Origin: Podarcis liolepis | Lineage: Eukaryota | Assembly: GCA_965112155.1 (NCBI GenBank) | Contig: OZ218105.1 | Length of the DNA: 64,000 bases | Reading direction: 5' to 3' (one strand) | In this document: positions 40,473 to 50,990 of the stretch, one piece after another | Layout of the letters: each line of letters begins with the position of its first letter | Position numbering within the stretch: position 1 is the stretch's first letter | Notes under the pieces: generated by a model | What the model was told of the DNA's origin: nothing | Database searches by the model: none | Seen by the model: the letters and a program-made list of their open reading frames with translations, nothing else | Position numbers and translations under genes: made by a program

Positions 40473-41473
40473 CCCGTATTTTTCGCTCGATAACACGCAC
40501 CTGAGCATAACATGCACATAGTTTTTAGAGGAGGAAAACAATAAAAAAAATTCTGAATGAAACAGTGGATGTATCATTTTGTGCTTCATGCTGTGGCCAC
40601 AGACATGTGATTTGACGGTGAGTTTGGGGTAGCCCAATGCAAAAATCCTGAGAATCCATGTGGATCTGTGGCTTGTAACCACGTTTTTGCACCATTGTGG
40701 CCCCAGGCAACAGTGGGTGCGTGATTTTTTTGGTGCAGGCTGTAGCCATGGACATGCTATGTGATCTGATGGTGAATTTGGGGTGACCCAATGCAAAGAT
40801 CCTGAGGATCCATGTGGATCCATGCTTTGTAACCACGTTTTAAGTGGGGAGGGAAGGAAAAACACAGAAGGGACAAGGAGCACGAGACGGGTGTGCGGAG
40901 AAGCAGCTGGCTAACAATGCAGGAGAGGGGTTTAATGGGAGGGAGGAAAGGAAGGCAAAAGTTTCCCCCCACCCACCCAAGCCAGCCCCCCCCCCTCTCT
41001 CCCACCTGCATTTTCCAGCTGCCTGCGATGCTGGACGCAGCAGCAGCAGCAGCAGCGGAGCACGGAGAGGAGGAGGTGGTGGCTGTCGGCTGCGCTCCTA
41101 GCCGACGGAACCTGAGCCAGGTAGGCTGGAGCCTGCGCGCAGTGTGACTAGGAAGGAATTAGAAGGAAGGACGCGATCCTTTCCTTTCCCCTCTGCTTGC
41201 CAGGAGGGCAGGGGATTTCCCTGCTCTTTGTTGCATTTGAGCATACACAGCAACCGAAAACAGTGGGCAGTAAGACCCTGAGGCAGAATGCAGGAAAGCA
41301 GCAACTTCCTTCTTTAGCCTTCCCTCCTCCGCGATCCGATTTTTGCCTGATTTTTGCCCCTGTACTCGGGCCAGTCAGCTCCAGGGACCACACATTCGCT
41401 CAATAACACGCACAGACATTTCCCCTTACTTTTTAGGAGAAAAACTGTGAGTGTTTTAGAGAGAAAAATACGG
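40473..41473. mobile_element. Non-autonomous Tc1/mariner (Tc2/pogo-like) element, CCGTATTTTTC-type TIR
   Basis: TA-(C)CCGTATTTTTCGCTC... and ...GAGAGAAAAATACGG-TA; internal ~80-bp diverged duplication (40607-40688 vs 40761-40840) and (GCA)n run. Confidence 0.82.
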
Positions 41474-42702
41474 TAATTTCTAGTCATGTTGCAGAAAGAA
41501 ATTAGAGTATGTGTTCACAAAACTCAAGTAATCATTTGGAAGATCAAATTTACTCATTTTCACAAATTCATTATGTTTCACTAATTTTAAGAGTCTGATG
41601 TTAAGTTTTCACATTTATGGCTAATGATTCCATAGCACTCATCACAGAATACTCATTTACAATACAAGTGATGTCAACTCCATGAAATAAAATTAAATTT
41701 AACCATGGCCCTCTGGGTCAAGGTGCATTACCAACACAACCTCCTGTTCTTAACAATTTGTACATTCCTACTGTCACCCTCATCAGGCAGATGAGAGAAA
41801 TAAGAACCCATTTCTGAAGAACAACACTAGGTTTTACTATCAGTAATGGGACAGAATACACTTTTTTAAATGACACACTTTAGAGAAGAATTAAAGCAAG
41901 CTATTATTAACAGAAATATAATTTGAGTTAACAAAAAGCTTTCCAGAGAAACCAGAACTAAAGAAACATAAAAGATGTATAGGTGATGATCTGTCAACAT
42001 ACTAAAGATTCTATTTGAGAAACTTACTTTCCTATTTCAGTTAAACCTCACCTGGTTATCTGCATCCAATTCACTTATAGTAAAACAAGCATTTCAGTTT
42101 TTTAGAATAACATACCATATAATAGTAAGATATACACAGCTACATTTGTATTTATAATTAATTTCCCCAGAAAAACAATTCTAGCAATTATTCTCAAGAG
42201 TAGAACTCATTTCTTCCATCACAGCCCAAATGAGGTGACCTACAGAGCACACAGAGCTACATCTGGTCTCCCAGCCTTTACATGGGAGTTGGGACTCAGG
42301 AGAACTAATTTGATACTAGACGGATTTAAAAGGGTAGCTTTGGATTTCTTCTAGAGATTTGATTATTGTCATTGACCTACAGAGCTTTTAAAAAATAAAG
42401 TACTATGAATGTTGAGATTTTCATATATGTGATATATCCTTCACTGATAACATAAAAACAAAGAGGATGCACAACAAACCTGTTCAATGTAATGAACTAA
42501 AAATATATCAATACATTTATAGTAACTGGAGATTTTCAAAGTCACATGAAAATTATCAAAAGAGCATACTTTGCTCAAGCTACAAGGACACCAGCCTTCT
42601 ATAGCAGATTGTGGGAGTATACAGGAAGTGCAAAGGTGAGGAAGGGGAAGTCCCATTCCCTAAGTGAAGTCCATTCCACTCAGATGTCAATGAAATAAGC
42701 AA

Positions 42703-42877
42703 CTATCTGACTTTTAGAAGACATCTGAAGACAGCCCTGTTTAGGGAAGTTTTTAATGTTTGACCTTTTATTGTTTTTAATATCCTTTTGGAAGCTGCCC
42801 AGAGTGGCTGGGGATGCCCAGCCCGATGAGTGGGGCATAAGTAATAAATTAAATATTTATTATTTATTATTATTATT
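42703..42877 (+). mobile_element. L2/CR1-group LINE 3' tail
   Basis: TTTTAGAAGACATCTGAAGACAGCCCTGTTTAGGGAAGTTTTTAATG...GCCCAGAGTGGCTGGGG...AATAAA (TTA)n; same family recurs at 45663, 46043 and 48398. Confidence 0.75.
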
Positions 42878-45662
42878 GACAAAATTGGATGCCCAAATGG
42901 AAATTAATATTAACTTCAATTTTATCAAGCATTACACAAAAGGAATTATGACAACTTTGGCAGTGTGTATCTCAAATGATTCCAAAGCACACAGTTGCCT
43001 TACTATACAAAATTGAGCAGTATTCACAACTTAAATAGTTATACTTGTTCTAAAGCTAATGGGCTAGAATTCTCAATCCTCTGTTTTGCATTTTTGTTAG
43101 ATACTTTGTTACCCTAACAAGGCGGCTTCAGGCCAGGTGGCAAACCATACAGAACACACAAAATTTAATAAAATTACACAGAAGGCTATCACCCCCCATC
43201 TATGTGCTTATGCATGGTGAAGAAGAGAAGGCAACTGAACTGACTACTTAGATCAGTTACTGAAATGAAGTTGAACTAGTGAATAAAATATGTCCTTATT
43301 ATGCTGGATTTCACTAGTCAAAGATTACCGCTCTGAGCAAGGTAGTCTGTTTAACTTCAAGAATGGCTCTGCACATATCACACCTGTCTGGAGTTACAGT
43401 AATGTGTTTCTAGAAGGCACAGACCAGGTTTCAACATCTGGAAGCAGACTATTAAGAAAAAAAGTAATTACCGAAATTACCTTGAAGGGAGACATCTTTG
43501 TTAACAATGATAAACTTGAAAACCACTGAGGAAACCATGGTAGTTCTGAAACTATTGTGAGTGGGATGGGGAAACACACTAGGAACTGTGGGAACTGCCA
43601 TAAAGCCATGCTGGGGGGACAGAAGGGAGGAATGAGGTCAGGACATATTAAGTGTCTGCTAATGAGTGTACTTTGTTGTGAAAGGAACTGGCAGTTGATG
43701 GTTATGATGGTGGTGCTATCAGTTTCCCCTCTGGAGCCATGAGACCTCTCAAAAACCAAGTTGGGAGATAAGTGGGTGTGGAAATTCTGAAAGCTGAGAA
43801 TATCTGCTGCACAATGAACTTGTAAGCAATACCTACCCTTGTTTCATCTTTGCAGTCTAGTCAAATATTTACAGGTTAGTTTTGTCAATGCATTAGTTAA
43901 GCTATTTGATTCTGCCTTCAATAGCTCACCCTTAAGGCTATATGAAAGCTCTCTGTAGGGAATCATCTTGATACAGAAACTAGCTTTGACAGGACTATAT
44001 TTGATACTTCAACTGTCATGTCACATTTCAAATCAAAAGGAAGTCACAAGGTACTGTAGGATTTACATTATATCAAATAGACTCTGCCTTAAGAGTTCTG
44101 AAACAAATAGCCCTTACTTTAAGCAAGTATTTCCTTTTGAAGGACCATTTCATGTCCAAAAAAAGAGACAGCAATTTCAAACATTGTAAGTTCCCTTGTT
44201 TGGGAAGCATTGACCTGGAAGTTTTTGCTCTTCTTAGCTAAATGCCAACAGTTCTTAAATTTTCAGATAGTTGAGTGTTTTTCTTTTTTACAGAACTAGT
44301 GCCTTCAGTCTTTCTGAAAAGCAGTAAGATAGCGTGAATGGCTTATATCAAACTAAGTTTGACTCAGTGTAGACCTACCAAAATTAATAAACCCAAGTTA
44401 GTCTCATTAATTTCAATGGGTGGGATTCACCTAAACTGTCCTGTTAGAAGCCCTACACAAGGATTTCAACTTGCACAATGGGTTTTCCCCTATTCTCACC
44501 CTCCTCCTCCCAAAGCTGCCTGAGCAGGTCAGGAGAATCCCCAGAACAGTGTGCAGGGAGAGTAGAGGTGAGGTCATTCTATCTGGCAAGCTGGAATGCT
44601 TGCAACAGATGGAAAAACTGAAAATTGCAATGTTGAATAGGTCTGCTCTAAGGAAGACCACCACTTGATACATCCCAATCACCCAGTTCTCTTGATAAAA
44701 TTACATTATTTTATGTAACTTCTCTTGTAAAATAACAAGTAGGCTTAAGCTAATGTTCTAGTTGCAGAGAGCAAGGTATTTTCTATTTGAGTCCAGAAGA
44801 TAAAAGCAAACCCAAATAACTCCTTAGTCTGAGCAGTCTTCATAATTATTTATTTTGCATTTAATGCATTACTCTTATATGGAATGTATTCATTTGAAAC
44901 TTAACCTGTCAGTGCATCTCTTTCAACCTTAGGTTGAGGCTGGTAGAGGGAAAGACCACAGAGATTTCAAGTATAGGGCTGGGCAAGGTACTATTCCCAG
45001 ATAGGGAAACTAGGGCTTCCTTCTGATATCAAATACAAAAATGAGCATCCAGCAACCAAGCTGGCTGTCAGGCACTTTGGAAACACTGAAAAGGGGACTT
45101 TGAAAGGTAGGTAAGGCAATGCACCTATCAATCATCTAAAAATCATAATGATGTCAAATGACTCACAAGTGAGTTGTCCAAAAGGTTTGTTTGCAGGGGT
45201 GGGGAAAGTGAAGAATCTGACCTGCTGAGCCGAAAAGATTTCCCATCCCTGCTAATAAAGTAATGTGGCAACCCATCTAAAACCAAAAACACACCACCCA
45301 ACACCACCAGGGAAAAACATTTAGTCCAACATACTCCCTACTGTGCTTGTTTTCTACTGGTAGGAAGATTACACATGAGCACATGCATGTACAAAACATT
45401 ATGGCACAGTGGCCTATTAAAATGGCAATCCCAGAGCTATAGTCAATCAGGAGTCAAGACAAGATAAACAGGAGCGAGATAGACTGAACCGGAAGGAAAG
45501 CTGTCCAGAGACCTCTATTGTGAGCTGTTGAACAGCCAACTCACCCCCTTCCTACTTACCAGATGCACTTGGGGAAGCCTCCTATTGAGTAGGCCCCTCC
45601 TGCTCAGTAGACCTCTGCTTTCCTTAAAGTCAGGCAAGCATTTCTCATCCATTATCTGTCTC

Positions 45663-45731
45663 ATAATAATTTAATAATAATAATTTATTATTTATACCCT
45701 GCCCATCTGGCTGGGCTTCCCCAGCCACTCT
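45663..45731 (-). mobile_element. L2-type LINE extreme 3' tail
   Basis: Minus strand GAGTGGCTGGGGAAGCCCAGCCAGATGGGCAGGGTATAAATAATAAATTATTATT. Confidence 0.75.
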
Positions 45732-46042
45732 CACACCAGGTCTGCCTCTGTCTTAGCTCCTGGGGGCTACAGGGGAAGAGGGAGAAGCTCGATCCATGGT
45801 GTGGTGTAAGGAATTGTCCAAACTCAAAGAAAGGTGTCTGCATGACCTGATGAGCTAGACTGCTTAACAGATTCTTCAAGGCATTCCATGAGGACAAAAC
45901 TCCTTGGACAAAATGCCTTCAGTGTCTAGGTCAGACTAGCTCTTGACAATATATTTACAAACACCTTTTCATTCATTATCTAATACCAACTCTAGTCTGA
46001 CTCATGTTTTACTTTTATTCAGGATCCATACAATACTTCCTT

Positions 46043-46168
46043 GCAGCCCTGTTTAGGGAAGTTTTTAACGTTTGATGTTTTGTTGCTTTTTTACATATTC
46101 TGTTGGGAGCCACCCAGAGTCGCTGGAGAAACCCAGCCAGATGGGCAGGGTATAAATTATTATTATTT
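46043..46168 (+). mobile_element. L2-type LINE 3' tail
   Basis: GCAGCCCTGTTTAGGGAAGTTTTTAACG...CCCAGCCAGATGGGCAGGGTATAAATTATTATT. Confidence 0.75.
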
Positions 46169-47395
46169 CTTTATCAGGTTACGAATCACTCACTTCTACT
46201 TCAAAGCTATTTGCATCTGTTCACTATTTCAGATGCACTGTAGGAAACAATCCTTCATGCTAAATCTTCCATCAAGTTTTATATTAAGCTTTCAGCTTCC
46301 ATTTATAATGGATTCTACATAAGCATTTCCAAGTCTAGACTAAAATCAAAGTTCTACTGTGAACACATCCCAAGCACTCAGAATACTCAGCTTTATTTAT
46401 CTCTCTGATGTATGACCATCTATTCTCTAATCATCCAGCTCTGCAGCCTCTAAGCATATGGAAACAAGCTGTTCTATAAACCATTTGTGGGCAGAGGTCT
46501 AAGAGAGCTTGACTCTCTGTATCAACTTTCATTTTAAAGTAACATCTTTTGTATCTTGCTTATTGATATCAACATGGCCCTTCCATGTTACTAGGATCTA
46601 ATTTAGATTTTGACCTACTGAGGCTGCTTTCTGGGCCAGATTCAACCAAGTAGTTGCCCTAGCAGAAGCCAGCAAATAAGTCCTGCTAGAGCAACAGGAC
46701 TTTCCTCCCCACTCCACATGCCCCCCTGAACCCTCCCCAAATGTGTTCACTCTTCGTTTCTTCCTACCTTCAGTCAACTATCCACTAAGCACTTCAAAAC
46801 CAAACTAAGAACTCAGAGTTAGTTGTAAAAGCCTCTTAAGTTCATTTATATTATTGTTACCAAGCACTCTGAACACTCAAACTTGACTGCTCAATTTATT
46901 GTTTAAACCCACACTATCATCTATATTGTTGCATGAGAGTATGGATGATGATCACTCATGAAGATCAGCATAAACAACTCGAGTGGTAGAATATTGTCTG
47001 GCTAGCTCAAGTAATAAGTCAGCTTTTTATAAGAACATCTAAATGTATGAAGACTGATTTTCAGTACAAATATGTGCTGGAACGAAACCTTCACTGTGAT
47101 ATCTGTGCTGCCAATCTCTTTCAGATTATCATTGTTTTATTCACCACCATCACCACCATCACTAGGTGCTTTCCCAATAGAGCAACTGACAACAACAAAT
47201 GTATTTTGTTTCATTATTTAGCTATACATGATGGCACAATTTTATTCTGAAAATTTGCCAGTTGAGGATCTATAAGATTCAGCAGAAGACTTGCTATATT
47301 GGTAGAATACCAGGTATGCCATGACAGATTCACCCATTTATCTGGCATCTTCCGCCAGTATAATATCTAAAGCAGAACACATGCTGTATCATATA

Positions 47396-48011
47396 CCGTA
47401 TTTTTCGCCCTATAGGACGCACTTTTTCCCCTCCAAAAATGAAGGGGAAATGTGGGTGCGTCCTATGGGGCGAATGCAGGCTTTCACTGAAGCCTGGAGA
47501 GCGAGAGGGGTTGGTGCGCACCAACCCCTCTCGCTCTCCAGGCTTCAGGAGAGCCCCAGCGCCAGCCCCACAAGGTCAGGGGACAGAGGGAGGCGGAACG
47601 CCGCCATCCCGCTGTCTCCCGAAGTGGTTTGGAGGCCGGGCCTGATCTCAAGGCGGGCGGCGGGGAGAAGAGCGCTTCTCCCCGCTGCCTGCCGCACCAC
47701 TCTGGGGACAGCAGGGAGACGCAGCGCGTCTCCCTGCTGTCCCCGGACCTGATCTCAAGGCAGGCGGCGGGGAGAAGAGCGCTTCTCCCCGCTGCCTGCC
47801 CCACAAGCTCCAGGGACAGCTGGGAGACGCAGCTCGTCTCCCCGCTGTCCCTGGACCTGATCTGAAGGTGGGAGACGGGGAGAAGAGCGCTTCTCCCCGC
47901 TGCCTGCCCCACAAGCGCCTGGGGGGGAAATAATTTTTTTTTCTTTATTTCCCCCCAAAAAAACTTGATGCGTCCTATGGGCCTGTGCGTCTTATGGGGC
48001 GAAAAATACGG
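47396..48011. mobile_element. Non-autonomous Tc1/mariner (Tc2/pogo-like) MITE with internal palindromes
   Basis: 27-bp TIRs CCGTATTTTTCGCCCTATAGGACGCAC / GTGCGTCTTATGGGGCGAAAAATACGG (2 mismatches), TA on both sides. Confidence 0.92.
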
Positions 48012-48191
48012 TATACGTCTTCAAGTTACAGGCAATGCTTATCAACAGTGGAACTTCATATCAGCCCCAGACCAAGTGCCAAGAAATTTCTCTCATTGAC
48101 TTCCATGGGCGCATGTTGTTGAAAATTGTGCCTCTCTATTGATAACCACCCTACCCATGTTGCCACAACAGAGTGTAACATATGGTATAAC

Positions 48192-48652
48192 GGTAAAGGA
48201 CCCCGGATGGTTAAGTCCAGTCAAAATCGACTATGGGGTGTGGTCTCATTTCTGCTTTCAAGCCAAGGGAGCCACCATTTGTCCGCAGACAGCTTTCTGG
48301 GTTGACTAAACTGCTTCTGGCGCACAGGACACTGCAACAGAAGACAGAGCACATGGAAGCATCATTTACCTTCCTGTTGTAGCAGTATCTCTTTATCAGG
48401 GAAGTTCCCTGTTCAGGGAAGTTTTTAATGTGTGACATTTTAATGTATTTTTTATCTTTGTTGGAAGCCGCCCATGGAAGCCAGCCAGATGGGCGGGGTA
48501 CAAATAATAAATTATTATTATTAAATTATTATTATTATCTACTCATGCGGGTATGCTAGGTTGGCAGGCGCTAGGAAAAAGCAACGAGAGCTCACCCTAT
48601 CACACAGATTAAAACTGCTGACCTCACGATCCACAAGCCCACCTGCGTCTCA
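48192..48652 (-). mobile_element. Sauria SINE, interrupted by an L2-type tail
   Basis: GGTAAAGGACCCC..GGTTAAGTCCAGTC...GACAGCTTTC...TTTACCTTCC is the reverse of a Sauria SINE 3' end; TSD TAACATATGGTRTAAC at 48176-48191 and 48653-48668. Confidence 0.8.
48398..48534 (+). mobile_element. L2-type LINE 3' tail nested in the Sauria SINE
   Basis: CCCTGTTCAGGGAAGTTTTTAATG...CCAGCCAGATGGGCGGGGTACAAATAATAAATTATTATT; TTATC on both sides. Confidence 0.78.
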
Positions 48653-50972
48653 TAACATATGGTGTAACTCAATGCCAAACCACAGCATATCACCACCAAT
48701 ATATTAACCACACGCAGGGAGACCACAACACAAGGAACAGGGCATGCTACATGCTGCTACATTTCTCTGGTCCCACGCCATACACACTTAGAGCTTGCAA
48801 GGACTAATTATAGCAAAGGTCACTGTCTCCAAATTACTCATAGAAAACAGTGTATTGCTTCTCTGCCTAGAACCCTAACAGGTATATTATCTTTAGAATC
48901 CAGATACAAATATCCAACAGCAAACCTCACTCCAACAATGAGGGTGCCAGGATGGAGCACCCCACATAGGTAAGCAAGAGATCAGGGGTAACCATGACAC
49001 AATGCAGAATTGTTCCAAATGCTTCCCTTGTCTCCCATCCCTACATCAGTCATACATGAACACTGTGTCTTTCCTGAACCGCATTGCTGTTAACAGTAAA
49101 ATGTACTTTCAGCAGAAAGTAATACTTTCCACATTAAGGTGAAGCACTCATCCCAACATTGCAGGTAAGCTGTTAGCAAAGACCAAGCACTCAAATTCAA
49201 CTACTGCTATTGAACCCCATTATCCCTAATGCATTGCAAGATCACTCTCGGACTTCCACTGCAACCCCCAAGGATGAAAAAGGGGTGTGTACTCACAGTC
49301 ACTGCAGGAGGAACACATGAGCACTTGGGTTGTACCACTCCCCCTTGTCTCTTTCTGCCTTTCTACCTATTCTGCATCCAGATTCAGCTATAATCCAGCT
49401 GCTGCCTACTACTCATTACTCTTGGTCTCCTCAGGCTGACTGTTCCGCAGCTACCACTGTAAGCTCCATGGCAGACAGTTTTGCAACAAGTGAAGATACT
49501 CCTAACATGAAGCAGGTATGGCTGGTGCAAAGCACAGGACAAGCACCCTGCTGGAGTGGCATCTTGCCAATCCCAAATGTTTGCCTTTTCCTTGCAGGAT
49601 TTACTGAGTTCTACCCCACCCCAGATGCTGATCAATCAGTGCTATAACTGCCATATGTGTTGTTTCCTTATTCCCAGAGATTGATAGATAAGGATTGCTT
49701 TCCCACACTCTAGCATGATCTGGCTTCAGCTGGCTTCAGGATGGAAATCACAGAGGCTGAGAGCTTGAAGGGTTTAGGAGTGGCCCTTCACCCCTGTTCA
49801 GTCAAAGATCCTTTACCATGAGGTTAGAATGCCTCTTGGGATGTACAGCAGTGAATGAAAATAAAAGCAGGCAGTGAGCCCTCTGCCTCTGCCTATCCAG
49901 CAGAACCAACCTATCAGGCAAAATAGCAGGGTATGTAATGGATTGATCACATAGGTTGCCAGGAGTGAGGCAAACGAAAAGGACTGTTGGCCCATACACA
50001 GGCTGAGTTATTGGTACCATGCAGCACTCTTCTGGTGTGCCTGGTATGGAGTAATACTCAGATTGAAACTTGGGTCCCTTGCATGTAAAATGTGAGCTGT
50101 TTCACCCAGCTAGGATTCCTTCTGGATTCCTGGCATCTATGCAGGTGTTGAAGTTGGCAGAAGAGAAGACAAATGGCTCATTATGTGCTTGATTGTTGTC
50201 AGCTGTTATAGTATATGGTTTCAGGCACTGCTCCATGGTGTTTGCAGCATGACTTCAAGTCCTGAAATCACATTCTCTTTTGCCTGACATGACTTTAACC
50301 AGGCATACAAAAAGGGGGGGGGGCTACAATTTGCCCTTTTTTCTGGTGGACCTGAAACTGCCACATCCTGCTTCCCAGTCCAGTATTGTATACAGTGAGC
50401 CTCTGGAGGTTGATGCTGTCAATGCCTTTTGCTGCATGTGCTGACCCCTGGGCTGTGGGGCAAGAGTCCTTGTGTCACCAGATGATATTGAACCTTTGTC
50501 CCAGTAGGGCTGCATGTACTCTCTGCCCATATAGCTATGATGGTAACATACTGTGCAGGCTTTCCTTCTTCCATTGAGACTGTATGTTGTGCTCATACAA
50601 TAGTAGGTGTACGAAACAAAGGGATTTGAACCCCTGGCCTGTAGGTATGCCTACAGACTGGCAGAAGCAGGGTCATTGCATGCTGTGCCTAGAGCTGATG
50701 GGGATGCAACTGGGGTTGTGCTCCTCTCATGCATTAACTGTCAATGTCTGTACAGGTGCAGGGGAGGCCAGCTCACAACAGAATGACTATGTGAAGCTCT
50801 ACCCTGGGCCTTTAAAACAAACCCTAGACAGGGGAAGCATGTGGGCATTGTCACTGGAACAGTTTCCCCATGGTAGTGTGATGGGGGCAGTAATCTAACA
50901 ACATCTGGGAACTAAGTACTGGAAAAGGCTCTTTTAGACTTCAGAGAAGCTTCAGTGTTGGCTTAACTAAAA

Positions 50973-50990
50973 CACACACACACACACACA
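50973..50990 (+). repeat. (CA)n microsatellite
   Basis: cacacacacacacacaca seen directly. Confidence 0.9.

Noticed and set aside
45560-45622. 63-nt minus-strand exon-like segment with strong CTG|gtaagt donor
   Set aside because: Weak acceptor and an in-frame TAG in the DTNBP1 phase; indistinguishable from a chance pseudo-exon
47321-47958. ORFs of 142-143 aa on both strands
   Set aside because: They derive from the palindromic MITE interior; no transposase DDE/D or HTH motifs
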